64,000 nucleotides of DNA from Nitrospirota bacterium (GCA_024275955.1 JAJRYD010000005.1:7480-71479); one strand, 5' to 3'; counted from the first letter of the stretch, positions 9,051-19,786 are shown. Translations and numbers: made by a program. The notes: a model not told the origin generated them from the sequence alone.

Positions 9051-9914
9051 TCAACAACAGCCGGAATAGCTATCATTTTCAATAGCATACTCTGAATTTT
9101 CGGGAAAGGTTCTCTGTAAATATTTTACCATACTCCCTGCTTTTTTATTATTTCCCAAGCGTCTGTTCAGCTTATACGCCTCAAAAATATCGGCTTCTCC
9201 CAAAAGCCCCTCATTAAACATCGCATTAAGCTCGACCGACGCAAAGATATCCCGCTCTGTTTTTTTGACCTGCCCGTCTTTAGAAAAATAGGCCCAATAA
9301 GAGGTATCGGCAAACCTAAAATACTCCCCACCGTCACGCTTAAGCGCTTTGAGCATAGTATCGCGGTAAAGCTCTTCATTAAATCTAGCTTTCGCTACGA
9401 GAGCTTTGTTGAAATCGAAATAAAAAGAGGCGACAATACCAGCCTTGCCTAAAAACGAAACATCGTTTGAAAGCGGTTTTAACGAGAAAGTCTTCACGCT
9501 AAAGGCGGCCGCTAAAATGAGCATAAGAATCACTCCAGCTTTTTTTCTGTTGCCGTCTGAAAGCTTGAGACCTTTAGCGCGGCTCCAGCCAGCTAGATTA
9601 GAGAGACCAGCACCAAACCTACCCTTTAGGAGCGATAGAATAATAACCAGCAAGATAAGATAAAACAAAACAAGCGGCACCGCCAGCATGGCCGGAACTG
9701 TTCCAAAAAATTCCCCTACTCCATAATAAAGCTCAGATACAGTAGAGGGAAAGGACGGCGGCCTGAAATGCCCTGGAGTATATTTGATGCCTTTAAAAAA
9801 CAGCGGTACCACGGCGTTGAAAGCAAAATTAAAAAGCCTCTCGAATATGAGCAACAGTAAAAATAATATGCCAAAACTTTTATAATCAGAAATATTCTTA
9901 AACGGTTTTCTCAT
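9051..9914 (-). CDS. hypothetical polytopic membrane protein, last gene of the polysaccharide operon
   Basis: 287 aa with several hydrophobic helices. Lies 17 nt downstream of the GT26/GT-C fusion gene. No recognisable motif. Confidence 0.5.
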   Translation of the reverse strand: MRKPFKNISDYKSFGILFLLLLIFERLFNFAFNAVVPLFFKGIKYTPGHFRPPSFPSTVSELYYGVGEFFGTVPAMLAVPLVLFYLILLVIILSLLKGRFGAGLSNLAGWSRAKGLKLSDGNRKKAGVILMLILAAAFSVKTFSLKPLSNDVSFLGKAGIVASFYFDFNKALVAKARFNEELYRDTMLKALKRDGGEYFRFADTSYWAYFSKDGQVKKTERDIFASVELNAMFNEGLLGEADIFEAYKLNRRLGNNKKAGSMVKYLQRTFPENSEYAIENDSYSGCC

Positions 9915-9931
9915 CTATCCGCCATACCTAC

Positions 9932-11992
9932 TCATGCGTAGTAGATCGGCAAAAGATAGCCGAACACCGAAATAAAGTTTAAAAGAAGGAAGAAAAGCAC
10001 GCCAAAGCCTTCCGCGTCCTCTATTTTCCAAAAACTGTTAAGGCTTCGCAAGCTGTACACCACAAGCATTGAAGCTGGAGCTATGGCGTAAAAGAGGTAC
10101 CGCCCGGAAGCTCTATGTATATAGTTCTCCGTAGAAAAAAAGAGAAAAAGGACTATAAATACCGTAAAAATACAGAAGATAGAAAAGAGTATCGAGCGAA
10201 AATCGGCTTCGCTGTCACCGTTCCTTTTCCAGTCACGCTTTAACCCTCCCAGCAGACCGAAACAAACAGCTACGGTAAATGCAAACAGTAAAAGGTAAAG
10301 CCCAAAGCTCATCTTATGAACCATCTGCCCCAGCGTAAACCACGAAGTTACAAAAACAGTACCAACAGCCCGCATCCATTCGGAAAGCGGGATGCCTGCC
10401 CAGTCGCCGGGCGAAGAAAGAAAGTAGCCGGCAGATATCCCAACCCTATCGGCAACCTTTATAACGGCAAGCGGTAAAAAAAATTCCAGCAAAAGCAAAC
10501 TGGCAAAAAGAAACAGAAATAAAATGCCGAGCTTTTTAAAAAGTTTCGCCTTGCCGTTACCGTAAACTGCCACGGCAAAGCCAACCGCCACCCAGCTGAG
10601 AAGAATTACCCCATACTGCTTGGTTATTACCGCGGCGCAAGATAGAAAAAGCAACAGCAACATCTCCTCGAGAGAAACACCTCGTTTCTTCACCAGCATC
10701 GTTATCAGATAAAAGGTTATCGTAAAAAGCAGAATCAAAAGAACATCGGAATTTACCATCACCCCCATATACGAAAACTGCGGATGCAGGCCAGCTATCA
10801 AAAGAGAGGCTGTCGCCAGCCATTCCCGATAAGGCCCCTTGAAGATATTATCGCCGGCAAGGTAGATAAAAAGAAATGTGAGCATGGTAAAAACTACCGA
10901 CACCATTCTTGAAAGCAACAGCGAGCTTTCGATATCGACAGTTTTAAAAAGCTTTAATGGAAGCGATGCCAAAAAATAGTAGAGCGGAGGCCTTGAGGGG
11001 GAAAAACTTTCGCTATGCTGTTTGAGGGCGGTTTCATTAAAAAACTTAGCCCCTAGCTTTGGCTTCTTCATTTCGGCCTTTTCCCAAAAGCCTGTGGCAT
11101 TAAGCGATTTTATTATCTCGGCTTGATTAGAGTTGCCGTCGCCGCGCCCCGCCTTTACCATCACATAATCGAAATGGTTAGGCTCGTCGTTGCCCATCCA
11201 TGGAGGGGTTATAAAAGCAAAAAGAAGCAGTTTTACAAAAAGAAAAAGAAAGACCGGAAGTAAAATCCTCTCGGTAAATAGCTTTTGTAAAAAGAGGCTA
11301 TTGCCGACAAGATACCGTTTCCACATTCTGCCAGGTTCCTGCAAAAACCTGTAAAACCATTCCAGCCCAAGCTTTTGTAAAAACATCGGCGCTCTTTTGG
11401 CTTTTCCGGCCAGCACGTCAAAACTGCCTCCAACGCCCATAACAACCGAAACGCCAAGCCTATCTATATTAGCGTCGGTAAAGTTTTCCTTTTTCGGCGA
11501 ACTCATGCCGATAAAAAGAATGTCGGCAGAGGAACCGCTTATCGCCTCCACCACTTCCGCTTCGCTTTGGTAATAGCCGTCTTTTGCCCCAGCCACCTTT
11601 ATGCCGGGAAAAAGCTCCTTTACCTTCTCTACAGTTTTGCCCAGAACCTCAAGCGTAGCGCCGAGAAAGAAAAAGGAAAAACCTTTCTCGCTCCCTTCGC
11701 GTAAAAGCTCCATCATAAGGTCGATACCGGCAACCCTTTCTGGGATATCTACCCCAAGATACCGCCCCCCCCAGACTACCGCCTGCCCGTCGGCAAAACA
11801 AAAATCGGAGTTAGCAACAGAGTTGCGGAGCTTTTCGTCTTTTTCCATCGCCGCTATTTTTCCGGCGTTAAGAAATGAAACAGAGGTAACCCGTCTCTTC
11901 GTTACCGCGTCGAGCAGTGCCGATACCGCCTCCTGCATAACAAGCGTATCGACACGGCATCCAAGAAACTCTTCGCTTTTTCTATCTGCCAT
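9932..11992 (-). CDS. fusion of a WecG/TagA-type glycosyltransferase (GT26) and a GT-C-like polytopic membrane domain
   Basis: N-terminal ~240 aa carry the GT26 signature (FADGQAVVWGGRYLG...FFFLGAT...GMSSPKKE...WFYRFLQEP). The C-terminal ~440 aa form a multi-TM domain with PPWMGNDEPNHFDYV and VNSD motifs, paralogous to the ORF at 49292..50722. The start is taken at the internal Met (MADRK...) so that it abuts the asnB stop. Confidence 0.7.
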   Translation of the reverse strand: MADRKSEEFLGCRVDTLVMQEAVSALLDAVTKRRVTSVSFLNAGKIAAMEKDEKLRNSVANSDFCFADGQAVVWGGRYLGVDIPERVAGIDLMMELLREGSEKGFSFFFLGATLEVLGKTVEKVKELFPGIKVAGAKDGYYQSEAEVVEAISGSSADILFIGMSSPKKENFTDANIDRLGVSVVMGVGGSFDVLAGKAKRAPMFLQKLGLEWFYRFLQEPGRMWKRYLVGNSLFLQKLFTERILLPVFLFLFVKLLLFAFITPPWMGNDEPNHFDYVMVKAGRGDGNSNQAEIIKSLNATGFWEKAEMKKPKLGAKFFNETALKQHSESFSPSRPPLYYFLASLPLKLFKTVDIESSLLLSRMVSVVFTMLTFLFIYLAGDNIFKGPYREWLATASLLIAGLHPQFSYMGVMVNSDVLLILLFTITFYLITMLVKKRGVSLEEMLLLLFLSCAAVITKQYGVILLSWVAVGFAVAVYGNGKAKLFKKLGILFLFLFASLLLLEFFLPLAVIKVADRVGISAGYFLSSPGDWAGIPLSEWMRAVGTVFVTSWFTLGQMVHKMSFGLYLLLFAFTVAVCFGLLGGLKRDWKRNGDSEADFRSILFSIFCIFTVFIVLFLFFSTENYIHRASGRYLFYAIAPASMLVVYSLRSLNSFWKIEDAEGFGVLFFLLLNFISVFGYLLPIYYA

Positions 11993-11994
11993 TT

Positions 11995-13824
11995 TTAAAC
12001 AGTTACCCCAAACCTCTTGGCCCAAAGCTCTAGCGATATAAGCATAAACAGATGTCTGGAATAATCGTCTCTCCCTTGCCTGTGCTTTTTAACCATCGCT
12101 TCAACGGCGCCGTCTTTAAAAATATTTCTGGTAAGCGCTCCCTTATCGCAGACTATTTCGACAAAATCTTTTGAAAGCTCGCTTCTAAACCAATCGCCGG
12201 CAGGAGTCTCAAACCCTAGTTTTTTACGGTTTATCACCTCTGCCGGAACCTTTCGCTTCGCCATCTCCCTAAAAAAAACCTTTCCATTAAAACCTCTAAC
12301 CTTCTTATCGGAAGAAAGCTGTTCCACGAAACAGGCAAAATTGATATCGAGATACGGGACGCGCACTTCGACGGAGTGAGCCATAGAAACCTTATCGGTA
12401 TAAAGCAGAAGGTCGTCCGGTAGCGATGTCCTCATCTCCACCCAAAGCATTTTGGAAAGCGAGTCGCGCCCCTTTATATCCGATGCGTAGTATTCAATCG
12501 CCGACATATCGTCAGGAAAAGCGTCAGCGAGAATTCCATCGCGCATATAACTGTTGAACACGGAAAAGGTTTTAAGAAAACGGGCAGTGTCGTCTCTCTC
12601 GCCCAAAGCGTAAAAAGCTCTCTTCAAGCCGGAAAAACCTTTTACAGAGCTGGCCAGCATCCCAAGCAGTCGAGAGCCGAAGAGAGGCCTTAAAGCGCCT
12701 GAAAGCTTTTCCGCCCTATGCCGAAAATAACCGCCAAACAGTTCGTCCACCCCTTGCCCAGAAAGAACAACCTTATGACTTTTGCCGATTTCCCTGCAAA
12801 GAAGATAAAGCGGAACGGATGAACTAGTCGCCACCGGCTCTTCCATATGCCAAACGACATCTTCAAGAGCCGATAGAAAATCTAGATGGTCTATCTCTAT
12901 CTTTTCGTGGTTGATGCCTAAAAGCTTTGCCGTATCGGCGGCATATTTCAGCTCGTCAAACGAGTGGTCTCCCTTAAAGCCGACGGTAAAGGCGGTAAGC
13001 GAACCGCCATACCTCTTTGCCGCCAGCGTTGCCAGCAAAGTGGAATCGAGTCCTCCGCTTAGAAGGATTCCGACAGGCACGTCCGATACAAGCTGACGGG
13101 ATACCGCCGCATCCAACAGCTTTTCGGCATCGGATACAGTTCCGGCATCAGCCCCAGAGTTGTCGCCGATAAAGTACCGTTTCTCTTCCAGCTCGCTCCC
13201 TTTTAAGATGAGGTAATGCCCGGGCCTTAGTTTTTTAATCTTCTTAAAAAGCGTGCTTGGCGCTGGCGAGTAGCGGTAGGTGAGCATTGTGTTCAAGCTT
13301 TCGACATCAAATTCTTTTAGCTTTTGGTCTACGCCTAGTATCGCTTTCATTTCGGAGGCGAAAAGAAGCCTGCCGTTGCCGATGGAGTAGTAGATAGGTT
13401 TTACCCCGTAATGGTCGCGCGCCATGAAAAGCTTTTTCTCCGCTCTGTCCCATACCGCGAACGCGAATATGCCGTTAAAACGGCTGAGACAATCTGCCCC
13501 CCATCTGGCATACGAGGCGAGCAGAACCTCGGTATCAGAGGAGGTTTTAAATGGGTAGCCGCCAAGCTCTTTTTTGAGTTCGCGGTAGTTATAAAGCTCT
13601 CCGTTATAGGTAACAACATACCGCCCGTCTGCCGATTCCATCGGCTGGCTTCCTCCGTTGATATCTATAATCGCCAGCCTCTTATGGGCAAGAGCTACGC
13701 CTTTTTCCAGCCATATAGCTTCGCCGTCCGGCCCTCGGTGCGACTGCAAGGCGGACATAGCCTCAAGCTTCGCCTTTTGCACCGGCTCACCGTCAAAGTT
13801 TACCCAGCCGGCTATGCCGCACAT
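11995..13824 (-). CDS. asnB: asparagine synthetase B-family glutamine amidotransferase
   Basis: Ntn-hydrolase start MCGIAG (Cys2 nucleophile). PP-loop SGGLDS. Start chosen at the internal Met, giving a TGATG overlap with the upstream gene's stop at 13824. Confidence 0.85.
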   Translation of the reverse strand: MCGIAGWVNFDGEPVQKAKLEAMSALQSHRGPDGEAIWLEKGVALAHKRLAIIDINGGSQPMESADGRYVVTYNGELYNYRELKKELGGYPFKTSSDTEVLLASYARWGADCLSRFNGIFAFAVWDRAEKKLFMARDHYGVKPIYYSIGNGRLLFASEMKAILGVDQKLKEFDVESLNTMLTYRYSPAPSTLFKKIKKLRPGHYLILKGSELEEKRYFIGDNSGADAGTVSDAEKLLDAAVSRQLVSDVPVGILLSGGLDSTLLATLAAKRYGGSLTAFTVGFKGDHSFDELKYAADTAKLLGINHEKIEIDHLDFLSALEDVVWHMEEPVATSSSVPLYLLCREIGKSHKVVLSGQGVDELFGGYFRHRAEKLSGALRPLFGSRLLGMLASSVKGFSGLKRAFYALGERDDTARFLKTFSVFNSYMRDGILADAFPDDMSAIEYYASDIKGRDSLSKMLWVEMRTSLPDDLLLYTDKVSMAHSVEVRVPYLDINFACFVEQLSSDKKVRGFNGKVFFREMAKRKVPAEVINRKKLGFETPAGDWFRSELSKDFVEIVCDKGALTRNIFKDGAVEAMVKKHRQGRDDYSRHLFMLISLELWAKRFGVTV

Positions 13825-15032
13825 CAGCTGTTCCCTTCCAGCTTCATTTTTGCAAGCCCGACATTCGCAAGAGCTATAACCATCGGTACTGTCGCCCACC
13901 TGCCGTAGTTCATACGCGACAGGCCAAAGCTATACCTCCGGTGATAGTAATAGCTTTTGCTGGCATCGTACATCTCATCCTTAACCTTCTTAAAGACCTC
14001 TTCGGCAATTCCGAGGCATCTGCCAAGCTTACCGCTTGAAACAGAAAGAAGGTTTATAGCTTCGGCCGTGCTTCTTGTATCTATAGATATGCCAAGAGGT
14101 AGGTGGCTCTTCTTGAAATGATTGACGGTGTGGTCTTTATTTACAAACTCCGCGATAAAACTGTCAAGGCCGGCAACGAACGCGCCAGAAGCATCGTTAT
14201 CTTCTACAAAGCCAGAGTATTCGAGAAGATTTTCAAGAACGAAAGCCGAATGAAAGCAGTCTATAAAATTGTCCTTATCTTTTACGCTCCCTTTTTCGAA
14301 ATAGAACCAGCTACCGTCCTTGTTTTGCTGTGCCGTTACGAATTTCATAATCTTTAAAGAGCGCTCGATATAATCATCCCGCCCGAAAAAACTGCCCAGC
14401 TTTATAAGGAGCAACGCCGCGTATGAATTTGCGTTTATTACATATCTTTCGTCATCTTCGGCGTATCGCACCTTGCTACTGCCGTCAGGCAGATCAACCA
14501 GACCTGTGTCGTTAAATACAAACTCCCCCGCGTCCCTTAAAACCTCTCTCTCTCTTTGCGGCATTTTAGAGCCTTCATACGCTTCGAGAATATAGGTAAC
14601 AAGATACGCCGTGTGCGGCACGCAAGGGGTAAAGGCCGGAACCAGCCGATTGGTATACCAATTAAAATTATGCCCAAGCCCTCTTCCGCTCGACGACTTT
14701 CCAAGTTTTTTCAGCATATGCTCCGTAAGCATAAGACGGTCGGCCTCAAAGCTTTCGTCAGCCGTAAGCTGTCGGTAGGCAAGCATCGCCTTGAGGAAGG
14801 ATGGCAACGTCTCAAGCGGTATATCCGGCTTCAGGCCTATTCTAAAAAGTTTTGGGAAAAGAACCTCCATAACATAAACCACGCCGACAATCGGAGTGGT
14901 AAAGAGGTTTCTGGTTTTCCGCAAAAATATGCCTATTCCCCTGCCCCAGAAATCGTAATGGTCGTAAGACCTATAGCCCTCCTTTTGCATCTGCCAAAGG
15001 AGGGCTTTCATATGAGCCGTTACTTCATTCAC
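13824..15032 (-). CDS. hypothetical protein, possibly an (alpha/alpha)-toroid-like enzyme of polysaccharide modification
   Basis: 402 aa. No signal peptide and no strong motif. Translationally coupled to both neighbours (wzx-like upstream, asnB downstream). Confidence 0.5.
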   Translation of the reverse strand: MNEVTAHMKALLWQMQKEGYRSYDHYDFWGRGIGIFLRKTRNLFTTPIVGVVYVMEVLFPKLFRIGLKPDIPLETLPSFLKAMLAYRQLTADESFEADRLMLTEHMLKKLGKSSSGRGLGHNFNWYTNRLVPAFTPCVPHTAYLVTYILEAYEGSKMPQREREVLRDAGEFVFNDTGLVDLPDGSSKVRYAEDDERYVINANSYAALLLIKLGSFFGRDDYIERSLKIMKFVTAQQNKDGSWFYFEKGSVKDKDNFIDCFHSAFVLENLLEYSGFVEDNDASGAFVAGLDSFIAEFVNKDHTVNHFKKSHLPLGISIDTRSTAEAINLLSVSSGKLGRCLGIAEEVFKKVKDEMYDASKSYYYHRRYSFGLSRMNYGRWATVPMVIALANVGLAKMKLEGNS

Positions 15033-16276
15033 GCGGTTCTCTCCCTAAACATCACAGCGACAAATCTAACTACAGCCACAGTCATAAAAAGGGTCATCTG
15101 AAACATTATCAATTTTTCCAGCGAATCCGAAAAATAAAAAATCCCGGGTAGCTGAAGAGCGGTAACCGCCAGTGCCAGCAGAAGAAACTTCCGGCCGCCG
15201 CTGGCAAGGCTGTAATTGAACTCCATTAAAAGAAAAGAGACCGCCCACACAGCTACGCAGTAGTAGGGAAGTAGGCTGGAGACAGCTTTGTCATCAACCC
15301 TAAAAAGCAGACGCATTATATCATCGGACCAAAAATAGGAAAAAAGCGTAACCACGGCACCTACGCCGAACAGCATAAACGAAGCTCTCTTAAAAAGCTC
15401 GATAGAGTTGGCGCTGTTTAAAATTTTACCCCGTACCGCGGCGGGAAAGAGAGCCGCAGATACGACCAGCGCCGTAACAAAAATTGTTTTGCCTATCGTG
15501 GCGAAAGCGCTATATATGCCGGACTCTTCTGGAGAGAAAAGCAAGCGTACCAATATAATATCGACATTGATAAAAAACAGCGGAAAGAAACCGGCGATGA
15601 CAGCTTTGATGTAAAAGCTGAGCATCTCGTGCCTGCCGACATTCGGCCTTTCAGGCTCGACATCTTTTTGATGAGAACTAATAGCGATATGCATAATGGC
15701 GATTGAAACAATTACAGAAAGAAAAAGCGCGGAAATAGCTTTACCGACTGTAATACCGATAGCTATAAAGATAGCGGCCAAAGCAAGCCTAAGAAGACCA
15801 GAGATAGAAAGACCGATCGCTAGAATGCCGAATTTTTCCATCCCCCTTACGAACCCCAGCGGAACTGCCTGCAAAAAGTAGGAGCCTATTAATGTTCCTG
15901 TTATTAAAATCACGCCAAAGCTGTCGATATTGAGGCTCTCTTTCCAGAGAACCGAAGAACCGGCAACCAGAAGTACCGAAAGAAAGGCACAGAGCAATGC
16001 AAGCGACCACGAAAGAGAGTAAAAACCCCACACCTTTCCGGGAAGTTGAAGAGCTAGAAACTGTGCCGTATATTTAGCGTAGACGAGTATCAACGCCCCT
16101 GTAAAAACCGAAAAGATAAGCTGTATGGAAAGAAGCGCGTTCAACGCGCCAAAATCGCCCATTCCCATCGAACGGCCCATCATCAAAAGAAAAATGAAAG
16201 CGGAAGCACTGTTTATAAAAGTGGCGGCAAAGACTGTGGCAGAATTTTTTGTAAGCTCTTTTTTGCTCATAAGCAA
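15029..16276 (-). CDS. Wzx-like polysaccharide/oligosaccharide flippase (MOP superfamily)
   Basis: 415 aa, about 12 predicted TM helices. N-terminus KNSATVFAATFINSASAFIFLLMMGRSMGMGDFGALNA resembles polysaccharide biosynthesis proteins. Confidence 0.6.
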   Translation of the reverse strand: MLMSKKELTKNSATVFAATFINSASAFIFLLMMGRSMGMGDFGALNALLSIQLIFSVFTGALILVYAKYTAQFLALQLPGKVWGFYSLSWSLALLCAFLSVLLVAGSSVLWKESLNIDSFGVILITGTLIGSYFLQAVPLGFVRGMEKFGILAIGLSISGLLRLALAAIFIAIGITVGKAISALFLSVIVSIAIMHIAISSHQKDVEPERPNVGRHEMLSFYIKAVIAGFFPLFFINVDIILVRLLFSPEESGIYSAFATIGKTIFVTALVVSAALFPAAVRGKILNSANSIELFKRASFMLFGVGAVVTLFSYFWSDDIMRLLFRVDDKAVSSLLPYYCVAVWAVSFLLMEFNYSLASGGRKFLLLALAVTALQLPGIFYFSDSLEKLIMFQMTLFMTVAVVRFVAVMFRERTA

Positions 16277-16315
16277 AATGTTAAGGCGTAGGCCGTGCAG
16301 GAATTGATTTAGACA

Positions 16316-18712
16316 TTAAATCTCACCAGAATCGCTCCTGTCGGGTATCAGCACCTGCCTCGGTTTTGCTCCATCCGCGGGGCCGACCATACCTTTTGCC
16401 TCCATCGTTTCTATTATCCTCGCGGCGCGGTTGTAGCCTATACGCAGTCTTCTTTGTATCATGCTTATGCTCGCCTGCCTTGTATTGCTTATAATGTCTA
16501 CAGCCTGTTCAAAATACTCGTCGTCATCATCATCCTCTTGCGCGGCGGCCGACTCTTCGGCCCTCGCGTGCGCCTTTAGGATCTCTTCGTTATAGACAGG
16601 CTTGCCCTGCTTTTTGAAGAAGTCTACCGTTGTCTTTATCTCCTCATCTGCCACGAACGGCCCGTGAATCCTTCTAAGACGTGAAGTACCCGGAGGAAGA
16701 AAAAGCATATCGCCTTTTCCTAAAAGTTTTTCGGCGCCTATCGAATCGAGGATAGTACGGCTGTCTATCCTTGATGTAACCTGATACGAAATACGCGCGG
16801 GAAAGTTTGCCTTTATAACTCCGGTAAGAACATCGACCGACGGCCTTTGGGTAGCTACTATAAGGTGTATGCCGGCGGCTCTGGCCATCTGCGCTATCCT
16901 CGCTAGCGCGTCTTCCACATCTTTCGAGGCTACCATCATAAGGTCTGCAAGTTCGTCTATTACCACAACTATGTACGGAAGCGGCTTTAAATCCCTCTTC
17001 TCGTTTTCGTCCGCCTCATCGCCGTCTCTTTTATCCGCCATCTCAGAATCGCCGACATCTATCGGAGCGTGCTCTTTCTCTGCTTCCTTTTCCTCAAGGT
17101 ATTCCTTAACCCATTTATTGTAGCTGGCGATATTCCTAAACCCCATGTCGGCCAGAAGGTGGTACCGCCTATCCATTTCCGTAACTGCCCACTTAAGCGC
17201 GTTTGCCGCCTTTTTTGGGTTGGTCACTACCGGCGCTATAAGGTGCGGTATGCCGTCGTAAACGGAAAGCTCCAGCATCTTCGGGTCTATCATTATGAAC
17301 TTCACCTCGGCCGGTGTCGACTTGTAGAGTATCGACATTATCATAGTGTTAAGCCCCACCGATTTGCCGGAGCCTGTAGCCCCAGCCACCAGAAGGTGCG
17401 GTATGACGGCAAGGTCCGTAACCACCGGGATACCGCTGGTATCTTTACCCAGCACCATAGTAAGCTTTGAGCCGGATTCTTTGAACTCTTCCGACGCTAT
17501 AATCTTTTTAAGGCTTACCGGATCTACGTTTTTGTTCGGCACTTCTATGCCGACCACAGCCTTGCCCGGCACAGGAGCTAGTATCCTTACCGAGATAGCT
17601 CTAAGGCCCATCGCAAGGTCGTCAGCCAGCCCGACTATACGGCTTACCTTAATGCCGGCCGCTGGTTCAAACTCGTAAAGCGTTATCACAGGCCCGGGAA
17701 GCACCATCGTCACGCGGCCCTCTATGCCGAAGTCCGAAAGTTTTTTTACAAGAATCTGCGAGTTGACGAGAAGCTCTTTTTCGGTGCTTTCCCTGCTTAC
17801 ATGTTTTGGGCTATTGAGAAAAGATACCTGCGGCAACGAGTATGCCTGCCCATCTTCATCGAAGGTGAACGTCGCCTGCTCCGCGTCGAATTCCTCAATA
17901 GTGCTATGGCCGCTACGCTCCGGGTTTTTAACTATTTCCGGCAAAAGCTCTTTTTCTGCCATTTTTTCAGAAGCTATTTCTGTTTCCTTCGGCTCCTCTG
18001 CGCCGCTTACTGCCTGTTCATCTTCACTTCGTCCAATTACGGGGCGATGCTCCTTAAATTTGGAAAGCTTTTCCATTAAAGACTTGCCGGTAGTTTCGAT
18101 AAGTTTAAGCGAGTCGGCAAGTGACCGTTTTAAAAACTGCCAAAACCCGCTTACGGAAACTCTGGTAGCAACCAGTAGCGAAAGAAAAAGAACGGTAAAC
18201 CCGACAAGCGCCGTTCCCGGCCTTGCCAGAAGCGGAATGAAAATATTCTCTGCAAAAACCTTTCCCAAAAATCCGCCGGCAGAAACCGACGGGTGCCTCG
18301 GGTCGACCACCCAAAAAAGATGGCGCAGTATGCAGTAGGAAAAGGTAAAAAGTACCGCGCCTGCTATAAGCGAGGAAGCATAATTCCACGAATTTTGTCT
18401 AAAAAGAAGAATGCCGCAAGCAAGAACAACAACAGGAACAACGTAAGAAGCACCGCCTAAAATTTTGATAAGAATGGAAGAAAGATAAGCCCCTACTATC
18501 CCGCCTAAATTAAGAAGTGGAATGCCGCCCGACCTGTAGTTCCCTAAATCAAGAGAGCTGTACGAGACAAGCCCCGCCACCAGAAAAAGAGTGAACGCTA
18601 TTAGAAAAACGCCAAAAATCTCTTTTGCCAGCCGGTTTCCTAAAAACTCTTGGAGCCTTTCTATCTTGGGCTGTTCCGCCCCTTTTTTCGCCTTTTTAGA
18701 CTCTTTCGCCAT
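16316..18712 (-). CDS. ftsK: DNA translocase FtsK
   Basis: 798 aa. N-terminal multi-TM region, linker, motor domain with Walker A GATGSGKSVGLN and a C-terminal gamma (winged-helix) domain. Confidence 0.9.
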   Translation of the reverse strand: MAKESKKAKKGAEQPKIERLQEFLGNRLAKEIFGVFLIAFTLFLVAGLVSYSSLDLGNYRSGGIPLLNLGGIVGAYLSSILIKILGGASYVVPVVVLACGILLFRQNSWNYASSLIAGAVLFTFSYCILRHLFWVVDPRHPSVSAGGFLGKVFAENIFIPLLARPGTALVGFTVLFLSLLVATRVSVSGFWQFLKRSLADSLKLIETTGKSLMEKLSKFKEHRPVIGRSEDEQAVSGAEEPKETEIASEKMAEKELLPEIVKNPERSGHSTIEEFDAEQATFTFDEDGQAYSLPQVSFLNSPKHVSRESTEKELLVNSQILVKKLSDFGIEGRVTMVLPGPVITLYEFEPAAGIKVSRIVGLADDLAMGLRAISVRILAPVPGKAVVGIEVPNKNVDPVSLKKIIASEEFKESGSKLTMVLGKDTSGIPVVTDLAVIPHLLVAGATGSGKSVGLNTMIMSILYKSTPAEVKFIMIDPKMLELSVYDGIPHLIAPVVTNPKKAANALKWAVTEMDRRYHLLADMGFRNIASYNKWVKEYLEEKEAEKEHAPIDVGDSEMADKRDGDEADENEKRDLKPLPYIVVVIDELADLMMVASKDVEDALARIAQMARAAGIHLIVATQRPSVDVLTGVIKANFPARISYQVTSRIDSRTILDSIGAEKLLGKGDMLFLPPGTSRLRRIHGPFVADEEIKTTVDFFKKQGKPVYNEEILKAHARAEESAAAQEDDDDDEYFEQAVDIISNTRQASISMIQRRLRIGYNRAARIIETMEAKGMVGPADGAKPRQVLIPDRSDSGEI

Positions 18713-19019
18713 TTGGGCTATTTTACGCTAAAATTTCGGGTAAAGGTTTGAATTTTTAACTTTTTTTTGCCGTTTCCGGCGATAACTAGAGGCGATAGTC
18801 CGGTCATTTGTAATTCTCAACTACCACTTCCACCTGAATCATTCTTATAAACTGTTTGAATAAACTCTATCTGAACTAGAGAGTGTCCTTTTGCCTTTAA
18901 ACGATAAAAATCCAACTTCACTGAATGACACTTCCCAGCCATTTGGAAATGCCTCTAGTTGCTCTTTAAATTGACCCCACGGTTATTGACTCCGCCATAA
19001 TCTGCCTCCCAAAAATCTG

Positions 19020-19784
19020 TTACCGGCTATTTAAAGCCCAGTCGTACTCTAGGTACTTTATGCTAAACTCGGGGTTGACTGCCATCCCAGCCTTTTTGGC
19101 TGGCAGATATCGTGCGATAAACCGCCTTACCCCGTCGTCTCCGCCGAAATCGTCTTTAAACCATTTGAAAATTTTCGATATCCAAACAGTTTTAGAACCT
19201 TCGTCGATAGCCAGCCCTTTTTTGCTGTTTGCCAGCAAGAGGGCGAACTGGCTGTCAAGCTCGGCAGAAAGCCGCTCTCCGGTATAAAGCGCTCCCCTTA
19301 AATCGGGGCAGGAAACAGAAGCGCAGACAATCCCAGCGTGTATTTTCGGCAGACCGATTTTGCGAAGAATCTTATGCTCTATATCGTCAAGAGAGTATGC
19401 TTTACCGCCTACAACTCCGGCCTTTTTCTTCCAGACAGGTTTTATGAAAGAGCCTATATTTTTTATCCCTTCCGTTTCCCTATTTTCCACAACCAGTTTT
19501 ATCGCGAATATGTTGTAGGTGTTAATCCAGAAAGCCGCTTTCTCGCTGTCATTTTTAAAAATAGGTTTTAGCATTGCTAAGCTTTCGATAGTCCTAGCGA
19601 ATCTAGGGTCGCTCCCGACCTTGGGGTAGTCGAGAAGGTTCAGCGCGACCCCATTTTTGCTTCCGGCGGTTATGCTTTGGCGCAATAGCCCGCCCCATTC
19701 GTCGAAAACCTGATTAGCAGACGATACACATGGAAAAGAAAAAAGAAAAACAACAGGTAAAACAAGCTTAAGCAAAAGAGGCAA
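19020..19784 (-). CDS. DUF547-family secreted protein
   Basis: 254 aa with a signal peptide. FWINTYNIFAIKLVV matches the conserved INxYN core of DUF547. Confidence 0.55.
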   Translation of the reverse strand: MPLLLKLVLPVVFLFSFPCVSSANQVFDEWGGLLRQSITAGSKNGVALNLLDYPKVGSDPRFARTIESLAMLKPIFKNDSEKAAFWINTYNIFAIKLVVENRETEGIKNIGSFIKPVWKKKAGVVGGKAYSLDDIEHKILRKIGLPKIHAGIVCASVSCPDLRGALYTGERLSAELDSQFALLLANSKKGLAIDEGSKTVWISKIFKWFKDDFGGDDGVRRFIARYLPAKKAGMAVNPEFSIKYLEYDWALNSR

Positions 19785-19786
19785 CC

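Noticed and set aside
13825..13899. 25-codon N-terminal extension of asnB (MGDSTDGYSSCECRACKNEAGREQL)
   Set aside because: Ntn amidotransferases require Cys immediately after the initiator Met. MCGIAG at 13824 gives that and a TGATG coupling with the upstream gene.
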